Assembly (NCBI RefSeq): GCF_009914755.1
Contig: NC_060947.1
Length of the DNA: 64,000 bases
Reading direction: 5' to 3' (one strand)
Source: the human T2T-CHM13v2.0 reference genome, Homo sapiens
The notes beneath the pieces were generated by a model. That model made no database searches, was not told the DNA's origin, and saw nothing but the letters and a program-made list of their open reading frames with translations. The position numbers were made by a program, and so were the translations under genes. Of this stretch, positions 25,595 through 37,284 are shown one piece after another (within the stretch, counting starts at the first letter, position 1; every line of letters begins with the position of its first letter).

Positions 25595-26380
25595 TGATAG
25601 GGGCAGAAGAGGGCAGGTTCTCGGCAAGAGCCCAACCCTCAAACTGAAAAGGTGATATGGAGGCCCAAAGTGAGAACATACATTCCTGTTTTCTAGCTTG
25701 AATGCTGCCTTTTCCAAAACCACTCATAGCCCACCCCACTCCCCCATCCTGTGCCCATAAAAACCTCAGGCTCAGCCAGTGAGAGAGAGAAGCAGCTGGA
25801 CGTTGGGGACTACAGTTGGACGTCACAGAGAAGTAGCTTGACTTCAGAGGGAAAGCTTGATGGCATAGCTTCAGAGAGGATCCCAAGAGGGGAGGACCAG
25901 ACTCCATGGGAAGATTACCTTCCCATCCATCCCCTTCAGCTCCCCTTCCCACCGAGAGCTATTTTCACCAGCAGTAAAATCCCCCACATTTACCATCTTT
26001 GATTCATTCATGTGACCTCATTCTTCCTGGACACTGGACAAGAGCTCAGGTGCCACAAGTGTGGGTGCAAAAGGCTGTCACACTATCCCTCCACTGAGCT
26101 GTTAACAAGCCATCTGTGGATGGCAAAGCTAAAAGGGCACTGTAACACTTCCTCTGGGGCTTCAGGGGTCACAAGCATGCTCCCCTAGATGCTGCCATGG
26201 GGTGGGTACAAAATTTTCTCTTGCTAGTGTCCAAAAGCACTCACCCTGGCTCCTGTACTTGCTCACATGAGCTCCCCCTCCCACAAGAGGTGGAGCAGCA
26301 AGTGAGTGAAGTTCACCCCAGCTGGCACCTGTGCACTCCAGTTTACACCTGTGAAGGGGTTGGGGAAATATCCTGCTTCA
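25595..26380 (+). mobile_element. ERV1 solo LTR (LTR27/LTR28-like)
   Basis: TG...CA termini (tgatagggg...cctgcttca); ccccatcctgtgcccataaaaacc; ccactgagctgttaaca; perfect 4-bp TSD gtac. Confidence 0.85.
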
Positions 26381-27039
26381 GTACCACTATGAACATGGAT
26401 TCATAAACCACAGCAATACTTCCTTAAGATGTCCCATTTCTCTTTCATCAATTTCCTTCACAAATCACAGTTCTCCTCATAACCCCTTATAATCTCCTCT
26501 AGTTCTTCCCTTTATGTACCTATTATTAATATCTTATTCTCCCACCCTCCTTTTTTACTCTTGATTCATTCTATACCACAGAAACTCAAGAGTGAGTCTG
26601 ATAAGGCAGAACCCTCTTTCCATTGTGCAGGAAAAGAAGAAAGCAAGGTATACCAGGCTTGAATTCCCTTTAGCAAGCAGGAAGAAGGAAACATTGGAAA
26701 CATTCATTTATTAACAATTTTTATCTCTTTAAAATAGAACTTTCTTAAATTCTAATCTAACTGCTCCTTTATTGCCATCACCATGAACACAACAATTATC
26801 AGTATTCTAAGGTCACTCTGCTAAAGCCACACCTGCTTACTCTCAAGGTTTTTAGTATTGTATCTTGACTCGTCTGAGGTTAAATATCACTATGGTTTCT
26901 GCAACCTCTTACATTTTTTTCTCTAGGAGTTAGAGTATTCTTGAAAGAAGTAAATGGTACTAAAAATGAACTTTAAAACTTAAAGCAATAGAGTAATGGG
27001 CCTGCAATTAGTGGAGCTTATATTCTGCTGGGTGTTGTC

Positions 27040-28580
27040 AGGGAAAGAGTCAAACAAAGGATTGGTAAAAACATTGTCATCCCAAGGTAACTGTGTGCAT
27101 GCCCAAACTGTATCCTATGAAGAGCAACATCACAGGCCTCACACTGCAGGGGAAAACAGACTGCCTTAAAGTAATACAGCCAGCAACTACACACTCTCAT
27201 TTTCACTGAAGCATTATTCACAATAGTCAAGATATGGAATCAACCTAAATGTTTATCAATAAAAGAATGGATAAAGAAATCATGGTATATATACACAATT
27301 GAATACTCTTCTGCCTTGAAAAGAAAGAAATCTTGACACTTGCAACAACATGGATGAACCTGGAGGACATTACACTAAGTGAAATAAACTAGGCAGAGAA
27401 AGAAAAATACCGCGTGATCTCACTTATATGAGGAATATAAAAAAGTTAAACTCACAGAAGTAGAGAGTAGAATGAGGATAACCAGAGGCTGCTTGGGTGG
27501 AGGAAGGGAATGGGGAGATGTTGGTCAAAAGGTACAAAGTTTCATTTAGCCATATAGAATAACTTTTTGAAATCAATTGCACAGTGTGGTGACTATAGTT
27601 AATAATAATGTGTTGTACATTTCAAAATTGCTAAGATAGTACATTTCAAATGTCTCACCACAAAAATGATAAGTAAGTGAGGTGATGGATATGGTTTAGC
27701 TTGATTTAGTCATTCCACATTGTATACTTATATGAAAACATCACACAGTACTCTATAAATATATAAAATTATTATTTGACAATTAAAAATAATAATTTTA
27801 AAAGAACCATATAGAAATTCTGGAAATGAAAAGTACAATAACGAAAATGAAAAATTTGTTAGAGGAGCTCAACAGATTTAAACTGGCAGGAGAAAGAATT
27901 AGTGTGCTTGAAGATAGATTAATAGAGATTATGCAATCTGAAGAGCAAGAAAGAAGAACAGAGCCTTAGAGAAATGTGGAACACCATTACGTGCACCAAT
28001 ATATGCATAATGATGGTGACAGAAGGAGAAGAGAGAGAAAAGGGATAAGAAAAATATTTGAAGAAACAATGGCTCAAAACTTCCCAAAACTCTTGAAAAA
28101 CATTAATCTACACATTCAAATATCTCAGCAAACTCCAAGTATGATAAAAATAGAGATCTGAAAATAGTCACATAATAGTAAGAGTGCTTAAGGACAAAAA
28201 AAGAGAAAATATTAAAAACAGCAAGAGAAAAATGGTTCATTACTTACAAGAGAGCACCAATAAGGTTAATAGCTGACTTCTCATAAGAAACTTTGTACAT
28301 CAGAAAGCAGTGTGATAACATATTCGAAGTGCTCAAAGAAAAAAATGAACGACCAAAAATCCAATATTCAGCAAAGCTATATTTTAAAAAAACGAAGAGA
28401 AAATAAAAGCATTCTCAAATAAGTGAAAACAGAGAGAATTCATTGCTAGTAGAATTTCCTTGCAAGAAATATTACAGAAAGTTCTTCAGACTAAAAGCAA
28501 ATGACCCTAGACAGAAATTCAAGTCTACACACAAAAAAAATAAAAAGCACTGGTTTAGGTAATTATGTAATTATAAAAGA
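27040..28580 (+). mobile_element. L1MC/ME 5' UTR and ORF1 remnant, interrupted by an L1MA8-like 3' end
   Basis: gtaactgtgtgcatgcccaaactg...cacactgcaggggaaaacagac; ORF1-like KIFEETMAQNFPKLLKNINLHIQ at 27804-28580. Confidence 0.65.
27190..27803 (+). mobile_element. L1MA7/8-like 3' end
   Basis: gcattattcacaatagtcaagatatggaatcaacc...gtgaggtgatggatatg...tgacaattaaaaataa. Confidence 0.85.
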
Positions 28581-28589
28581 TAAATGAGT

Positions 28590-29545
28590 CATATCAGCAT
28601 AAATGGTAGAGTAGGTACCTCCCCACCTTCATCCTACTCTCAGCCCCCACTCCAAAGAAACACCAAAAAACAAGCAAAAACTGTCAAAATCAACTTTGTC
28701 AGAACTCCAGAAAACAATCAAAAGTTTGCAGTAAACAAGCTAACATTGAATCAAGAAAAAGGCAATATGGAACTGTTTTGTGATGTTTTTACCTGCCCTT
28801 ACTCCATCCCCTTTCCTATACGGCAGTAGTCTTGGTCACTGAACAGTGGCAGTCTGTTTTCCTAGTGTGAGACCATGGCCCCTGGTTCTAGAAGGGAACA
28901 GAGCATACCTTATTCAGAAACTATTGTGAATATATGTTCTAACCTGTCTAGGGGCTACATGGAAAACTAAGGCAAGACACTCATATCTATTTTGCCTAAC
29001 TTGGGGCTCAAGCTAGAAAAATGGTAGACTTTACTGGAAAACACTGCAAGCTAAACTAACAATCCTTAGATGCTGGGGACAAAAAATTATGGACAAAACA
29101 TTAAAAAAACCAACAACTAAGGAATGAGAAAAAACCTTGGGAGAATTTCTTTGTGAACCTAGGATTTCAAAAGTAGCAGTTTAGACCTGGTAATTTAGGA
29201 AGTCATGCACACAACCAGAGACACATGCTAAGACCTAAGCTTTCACTTTAGGCTGAATCCTAGGCTCAGTGCAAGCCTAAGTGTTAAAGGAGTGCCCTGG
29301 CACAGAGCTAATCTGCAAATACTGGGAGAGGTGTCCTTTGTTTGTCTGTTTGTGCTCCTGGAGTGCAAGGTAATCTCTATCAAAACACTAGCTGAATACA
29401 AGCTAAGGAACAGAAACTTCAGTTACCATACATGACAAAGAATACAGTATTTGCAAAAATTGCTAGAGTTAGACTGTAAACAAATGAACTAGTTCAGCCT
29501 TCAGCAATAAAAAAAGCAAACTCTGGGGAAGAGGGAGAATTTCAT
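28590..29545 (+). mobile_element. L1M4-like 5' UTR fragment
   Basis: caaaaactgtcaaaatcaactttgtcagaactccagaaaacaatcaaaagttt...gacctaagctttcac...aaactctggggaagagggagaattt. Confidence 0.65.
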
Positions 29546-30274
29546 AAATAAGCTTGTGTTTGAGGTAGGCCTTAAGGAATAGGAAAATTTGCCTTCAATA
29601 ATAGAATGAGAAGCTAGGAGAGGAAAGCTTTTACCATTAGAGGAATACAGGGAGCCACACTATGGAAAACAACAATATCTAACCTTGGTCTTAGGAAAAC
29701 TCAGCCTCCAAGCTATATGGCCCAGATTGTCCTTTGGGTAAGAAGAGCAAGGAAAAAAATACACACTCAGTATTTCCTGATGAAGCTGTAGGAAAATAGG
29801 AGTTACTTTCTGCATTAGAAAGGTTGTCATTTCCATTAGGTTGACAAAGGTCGAAACCAGGCCAGTAGTTCTTGTTGAAGTGGATTAATATAAATGTTGA
29901 GAGTTGAGAGCTAGTTACTATCCAGTGGTAGAAATAAGAACTTTGTCCAATACTCTAGCTTTACAGATGAGGAAGACAAGGCCAATGAATAGGGTGTGAC
30001 TTTACCACCAATATATTGAGGGCCTAGAATTTGAGCTAGGTCTTAAAGAATGGTTTGTATTCTAGCATTTCAGTTTTCATTATACTCTAGTGTGTATTCT
30101 GGCAACAAGGGAAACAAGTTATAGGATATTGAAAATACTTCATCAATGTCTCCTTTTAAATACCCTCTCACACCAAGGGAAAAAAAGATACAGATATTAT
30201 TAATGTTATTTGTACATAGATCTAAAAATGTCTAACAGTAGCCCCTTAATATACAGTATTTGTAATGAAATAAA

Positions 30275-30490
30275 TAATGTCTAACTTTCACAAAGTGCTT
30301 TAGAGTTGACAAAGCATGTTATAGATTCAATTTAATCCACAAAACAACCTTATGTGGTAGGTATTATTATCCACAATTTTGTAAATGGTGAAAAAAACAA
30401 AGAACACTTAAATAAACCTTTGAGTGCCCCAAATCATACAACTAAAAGTTTATTAAAGTTCAACCCTAAATTTCATGATTCAAGTCAACT
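30275..30490 (-). mobile_element. MIR SINE
   Basis: tttaatccacaaaacaaccttatgtggtaggtattattatccacaattttgtaaatggtgaaa. Confidence 0.7.
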
Positions 30491-30725
30491 CTAGGAATTA
30501 TCCTTGACTACATAATCTATGTTTCTAAGTCCTGTCAATTAAATCCTGCATATTTTTCCTCTTAAGCAGGTTTTAAATCTATCTTGTTCTCCATGCCTAC
30601 TACCCCTGGCCTCATCAGACTTTTGTTGTATTTCCCATGTGCTGTTGTAATAGTATTTCAACTTTTCATTCCTCCATTCTCATCCTCCTTAAATTTACCT
30701 TTCATGCCACAGCAAAAGTGTTATC

Positions 30726-31013
30726 AGCCGGGCGTGGTGGCTCACGCCTTTAATCCCAACACTTTGGGAAGCCAAGGCAGGCAGATCACAAGGTCAGGAG
30801 ATAGAGACCATCTTGGCCAACATGGTGAAACCCTTTCTCTACTAAAATACAAAAAGTTAGCCAGGTATGGTGGTGTGCACCTGTAGTCCCAGCTACTCAG
30901 GAGGCTGAGGGAGGGGAATCACTTGAACCCAGGAGGCGGGGTTGCAGTGAGCGGAGATCACACCACTGCACTCCAGCCTGGCAACAGAGCAAGACTCCGT
31001 CTCAAAAAAAAAA
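30726..31013 (+). mobile_element. AluSc SINE inserted in an L2 remnant (about 30490-31050)
   Basis: gatcacaaggtcaggagatagagaccatc...ccagcctggcaacagagc; TSD aaa(a/t)gtgttatc. Confidence 0.95.
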
Positions 31014-31435
31014 TGTGTTATCTAAATACAAATCAGACTTGTCTTTATAATACTTCAAATAAAAATAGAAGAATAAGTCAAAATTTGGTAATGTTTTAGT
31101 TGAAATGGATTAGCACATTGTTAAAGGGAACTCCAATGCTGCAGTGCCATGTAGTGTTGCACTGTATATATGCCTTCAGTGGTTTTATAACTTTACTGGG
31201 GAGATAGAATTAACATTCTCAGCACAAATATCCCAAAAGAAAGGAGAGTATATAATAAAGTGCTAAACTGCATAAAATTAAGAGTCAGGATCCGTGAAAA
31301 AAGTACCATATGGTTTATTCTCTTGGTTTCAGAAACTGCTTTGAAAAAATATTTTTTTGTCAACTTGAATAGTGTACCCTTAAAGTGTCAATTTTTAAAT
31401 TTTCCTTTTAATCCTTAAAATAGATGAATACAGTT

Positions 31436-32538
31436 TGATATGGTTTGGCTCTGTGTTTCCACCCAAATCTCATGTTGAATTGTAATTCCCAATGTTAGGG
31501 GAGGGACCTGATGGGAGGTGATTGGAATATGGGGGCGGATTTCCCTCTTGCTGTTCTTGTGATAGTGAGTGAGTTCTCATGAGATCTGGTTGTTTAAAGG
31601 GTTTAACACTTCCCCCTTTGCTCTCTCTCTCCTGTTGCCATGTGAAGATGTGCTTGTGTCCCCTTTGCCTTTCTGCCATGATTGTAAGTTTCCTGAGGCC
31701 TCACATCCATGCTTTCTGTACAGTCTGTGGAGCTGTGAGTGAACTAAACCTCTTTTATTCATCAATTATCCAGTCTCTGGCAGTTCTTTATAGCAATGTG
31801 AGAACAACTAATACAGAAAATTGGTACTGGAGAAGTGGGGCACTGCTATAAAGATACCTGAAAATGTGGAAGTGACTTTGGAACTGGGTAACAAGCAGAG
31901 GTCAGAAGAGTTTGGAGGGCTCAGAAGATGACAGGAAGATGAGGGAAGGTTTGGAACTTCCTAGAGAGTTGTTGAATGGTTTTGACCAAAATGCTGACAG
32001 TGATATGGACACTATGAATTCTTGGTTGAGGTGGTCTCAGATGGAGATGAAAAACTTACTGGGAACTGGAATAAAGGTCACTCTTACTATGCTTTAGCAA
32101 AAAGACTGGAAGCATTGTGCCCCTGCTCTAGAAATCTGTGGAACTTTGAACTTGAGAGAGATGATTTAGGGTATCTGGTAGAAGAAATTTCCAGGCAGCA
32201 AAGCATTCAAGATGTGACCTGGCTGATTCTAACGGCATATGCCCATATGCAGGAACAAAAAGATTATCTTAAATGGAAACTTGCATTTAAAAGGGAAGTA
32301 GAGTGTAAAAGTTTGGAAAATTTGCAGCCTGACCATATGACAGAAAAGAAAAAAAACTATTTTCTGGGGAGAAATTCAAGCCAGGTACAGAAATTTGCAT
32401 AAATAAAGAGGAGTGGAATATTAATAGGCAAGACAATGGGGGAAACACCTTCAAGCTATTTTGGAGACTTTCGTGGCAGACCCTCCCATCACAGACCCAG
32501 AGGCCTAGGAGGGAAAAAAGGTTTTGTGAGCCAGGTCA
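31436..32538 (+). mobile_element. MSTA LTR (31436-31815) plus 3'-truncated MST-int; no second LTR
   Basis: tgatatggtttggctctgtg...ctaataca, then gaaaattggtactggagaagtgggg; MaLR ORF remnant ELPRELLNGFDQNADSDMD / LWNFELERDDLGYL. Confidence 0.9.
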
Positions 32539-33139
32539 AACACATACAATACTGCACAACTCCATTAAAATATCATACTCATTAATGAGAATGATACCTC
32601 TGATGGAAACCATGACTGCTTTCCACTAACACTTTCACACTGATTGGCACCAGCTCTATCCTTCTCAGCCCAAATGGCTGCTCAAGTTGCTGAAGAGAGT
32701 TCTTCCTCATCATCATAGTGAACTGGCAAGCTTATAATAACCACTGCCTGGAAATAGGAATTAGCAATCTCTTACACTGAACCTCAGAATCAATTAAACT
32801 ACTTTATTGAATTGATGAGTCAAATTTCCATCAAGTATCCTCTCTAAGGTCCTAAAGCACAGCCATTCTTTCCTTAGATATCCGTTTGTCTCAGAGTTTG
32901 CCTTCCTTTTTCATTATCCTATATATCTGTCCATTTTCCATTTTGGCAAAAGATACATGGAGTATTTGGTAGGCCAGGAAAGTGGGTCTTAGTATATGAC
33001 CACTAAATACAACTTTAGTGAAGAAGGTGATGAGGATAGGAAGGGGAAGAAATAAAATACTAAGGATATTGAAAAGAATAATTTAAAAAAATTTTTAAAA
33101 TATATCAAAAATCACAAACCTTATTTATAAAAAGACAGC

Positions 33140-34120
33140 TGCATGAGAATAAACAAAACACATGCCATGTTATTGAATATGAAGACTCCATAGTATACAA
33201 ATGTCCATTCTTTCTGAATTACTCTATACACTGAACACAATATAAGAAACAATGAAATTCATTCTGGAACTTAAAACTAATATGTTAATCAGGAAAAAAT
33301 AAATGTATGAAACCCATCAAGAAAATTGTGTAAAATGAAAAAAGTTAGAGGGTATTTGTATTATAAAATAATTTTAAAAGCATAATTTTATCACAGAAAG
33401 AGTCAGCACTTTGAAACAGAACAGAAACTCTTGACAGATATCACATGTATATCCGATATAAATATGTGATTAAAAATCCATGCAAATTTAGTTGATAAAG
33501 CAAAGCCGTCATATATTATGTAACAAAATCCAGCAAACCATTAAAACCTTATATAAGGAAAAAATACTATGAAGAAAATTTGAAGGCAAATGACTAATAA
33601 GAAAAAAACCCTACTACTTGAAGTCCTATTACAAATCAAAAAAAGAGTAATGTTTCCCCAAAATTGGCAGCTATAAGTTTGAAAAAGGAGTACAAAAAGC
33701 AAACAAATGTGAAGACTAGATAAAATATGAAAAAGCTCAATTTCAAAAATAATAAAGTGATGTAAATAAAGTGAGACACAATTTCACCTCTTAAACTTGC
33801 TAAATCATACAAAATTATAATTACTCATGTTGGCAATGTAATGGGGAATGGGAATGTTGATAGGCCTAATTTGGGAATGTAGTCTGGTGAGTCTCTGGAG
33901 GCAATCTGGCAATATGTACCAAAAACTCTAAAAACTTGCATCAGCTAGGACACAGCTATTCTGCTTCTAGGAATTTATTTTTAAAAATAATCATGGAAAT
34001 GCAGAGATTTAGCTGCAAGAATGCTCACTTAATATTATAAGCAATGCCAAAAATTATTTCTATCTTCTTTTGATCTCCTTTTCCCCTAAATTTCTACAAT
34101 GAGGAGTACTTTTGATACAG
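33140..34120 (+). mobile_element. Highly diverged L1ME ORF2/3' region
   Basis: catgccatgttattgaatatgaagactc...; tctggaggcaatctggcaatatgtaccaaaa...ttctgcttctaggaatttat. Confidence 0.6.
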
Positions 34121-34259
34121 GAGAAAAAGAATTGTTGCTTATGAGCAAATTAAATAAACAAGAAAGCCACATTAGTTTAATGGAAAGAATACTGGAGACT
34201 GAATTCCAAACCTAGATGCAACTCAGAATCACCTGAGTAGCTTTTTTTAAAAATTATCT

Positions 34260-35350
34260 TAATTGGAGAATATGCCAGTTCTGACTTCTTGCCTCTACTA
34301 CTCTATTACCCATCACCCCCATGGCTGCTAACAAGCAAACTACTATCATCCCTGGCATACAGAAAAGAGCCACTACTGAACTTGGTGATGCTAGCGCCTT
34401 TGCACTAGCACATTCTTGATAACCTTGATGAATGGTGAGTCCTTTGGGTTCTCCTGTGGAACATAACTCTCTGGTGAGTTTTATGGCCTCGCATAATAAA
34501 TCAATTCCAGCATTCCTCCTTCCCTGAGCCTTTTTATTTCTTCTTCTACCATCTGCCAGGGCAACTTTGACATTTTCACTTCCCACAGCGTGAGACATCA
34601 CTTTCTCCAGGCTTGTAAGAAACATGCTAGCAGTGAGTTTGTCCCATCCAAGGAGTCTTTGCCAGGGTGTTAAATCCTGTGTCCTAAGGAAGTGCCCCTA
34701 AATCAATGAATTCTTGGTAATCTAGTCTTACATTCCAGATTCCTTGTAGAAGCATCCTCGAAACTGAATCCCAGAAAATACTATGGTTTCTGCAGGACAT
34801 GCTAGCAAATTTTTGCAACTCTTTCAGAGTGTAACGTCTTTACTCCTTATCAAAACTATCACATTCTGATCCAGGTTATGTTAATATTTAACCCTAGTTA
34901 TTGTCCTGGCAACCAAGAGAGGAGATGGGACATCTCTGTGTGCGGAGAGGGATAGTACCAGCTGCCTTGCATGAGAGAAGCCTCTGTAATTTCTTTTCTC
35001 ATAGTAAAAGTACTAACTCTTACTCCAAAATGGTGGGCCACTTCTAGAAGCTTTGAGAGATGTAGGGGGGATCTATAGAGTGAAAATCTTCAAGACCATC
35101 CCCTTAGATGTCTCCATCTCATGTTTCAGCATCCCATCTAATAGTAGACTTGACTTTTGCATAACGGACCTACTTTGGCTGATAATTTAAACATTTCTGG
35201 ACCTCTAGGACCCTAATTAGCAAATCCTTAATTTACCCCTAACCTGTAACTATTCTCCCATTGGAGGCCTCCTGTTAGGCTACCTTGAAGACAGTCTGGC
35301 TCTCACATTTGGCCTTTAATTGTTTGTTAACCAACCTCATTTTCTCATTA
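34260..35350 (-). pseudogene. ERVL-class (HERV-L/HERV16/ERV3-16A3-like) gag remnant
   Basis: Hand translation of the minus strand: DLLIRVLEVQKCLNYQPK*VRYAKVKSTIRWDAET*DGDI*, RLDYQEFIDLGALP*DTGFNTLAKT, ...KALASPSSVVALFCMPG, resembling ERV-L Gag motifs. Confidence 0.75.
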
Positions 35351-35397
35351 TCTCTCTGCAGGGCATTAGTGCAATTTAGTAACAACAAACAATCCCT

Positions 35398-36620
35398 ACT
35401 ACATCAAAATTGAAAACTTTTACTAGCCAAAAGACATTGTTAAGAAAATGCACAGGTGACAATCATAAAGACTGAACATATTCTGGGCCATAAAGCAAAA
35501 CTTAACACATTTAAAATACTTCAAACTAAGTTCTCTGATTGTTACAGAATTAAACTGGAAACCAGAAAAGAAATATTTCTGGACAATCCCCATGGGTCCA
35601 AATGGAAAATATTTTGAGTTGTATGATAACAAAAACATAACATATCAGAACTTGTGGGATACAGCTAAAGCAGTGCTGAAAGGAAAATTTATAACAGTTA
35701 ATGCCTATATTATAAAAGAAGAAAGGTCTCATCAGTGATACAAGATTTCACCAGAAGATACTAGGTAAAGAAGACCATACTTAACAAAAAGTGAGGAGAG
35801 GAGAAGAATCAATGAGTCAAAAGCAGGTACCTTGAAAAAGTCAACAAAATAGAAAAATTTCTAGCCAGACTGATCAAGAACAAAATATGACACCAATTAC
35901 AAATATCAGGAATGAAATTGGGGAAATCACAGAAGACAATATTGATATTAAAAGCATAATAAAGGGATATTACAAACAACCCTATGGCAATAGATTCTAC
36001 AATATAGGTGAAATGGATGAATTCCTCAAAACTTGCAAACTTCCAAAATTCACTGAAAGAGACATAGGTAACCTGAATAGTACTATGTAATTCTGAGAAA
36101 TTAAATTTGTAGTTTAGAAGCTTCCAACAAAGAAAAATTCTGGTCCAGATGGCTTCACTGGCAAATTGTATCAAATATTTAAGTAAGAAATAATAACAAC
36201 TCCACAGGAATTCTTCCAGAATTTATTTGAGGAAGAAATTCTTCTTAACTCAGTTTATGAGACCAGAATTACACTAATAAGGAAACCAGATAAGAGCATT
36301 ACAACAAAAGAAAATTGTACGACAATATCCCGTATAAACATCAATGCAAAAAACATCAACATAAATACTACCAAATAGAATCTAAAAATATATAAAAATT
36401 ATATCATGACCATGTGGTGTCTATCTTGGGAAACAAGGTTGGTTCATTCAAATATCAATCAGAGTAATTCATCATATAATAGATAAAAGAAGAAAAACAT
36501 GTCATCATCTCAATAGATGTGAAAGAAACCTTTGACAAAATGTAACATCCATTCATGATTTTTAAAAACTTCCCAGAAATCTAGTAGTAGAAAGAAACTT
36601 CCTCAACTGTTGAAGGCTAA
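35398..36620 (+). mobile_element. Old L1M ORF2 fragment (EN end to RT start)
   Basis: PITNIRNEIGEITED...GEMDEFLKTCKLPK; ggtccagatggcttcactggcaaattgtatcaaata; tctcaatagatgtgaaagaaacctttgacaaaat. Confidence 0.8.
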
Positions 36621-37284
36621 CTAAAAGAACTTTTGAATTTTTTCATCGATGATTTATGTTCATTATTTCTTTCATAATTGAAAAAGTTTAGTTTTCAGTT
36701 TATGCTGAATAGTGACATTTAGTCAAATCCTAAAAATTCACCATAAGCTTTTGAGACATTGGATTAGTATGGAATATTCTAAGCTTTGAAATGAGTAATA
36801 TCACACCACGCAGTCTAGAAACTCTCAACTGTAGTTTCTCCAGAAGATAAACCTCATGTCTCATCCTCTTTGAGTTAGACATGTGACTGTATGAGTTGGT
36901 GTTGAGGACCAGGAAGTCTAACAGCATTTTCTGTCGATTTTAAAACTATCCTTATCCTTTCATATCACCTCAAGTTCACACATACTTTCTGTGGGCATGT
37001 GTGGAATGGGGCCTACTAATCCAAAGCCTATGCTCAGGTTTGTCTAAGAAAAATTATTTCACTTATTATTTCCATAACTACTTAGGCTTCAGCTCTTTCT
37101 GTTCTGATAAGTCATTTCCATCCACTTCTGTCCATTGCTTTCCTTTCAAAATGTTGTTTATTTCTCTCTTGTGCTATAGTTTCTTCTCTTTCTCTGGTGG
37201 TTGTGTTTATATGTGTGTTATTTTTCTGTTGTTTTAATGGGATTTAGGGTGGCAGCGCAGACAAGCATATGTTTTCATGTGCCA

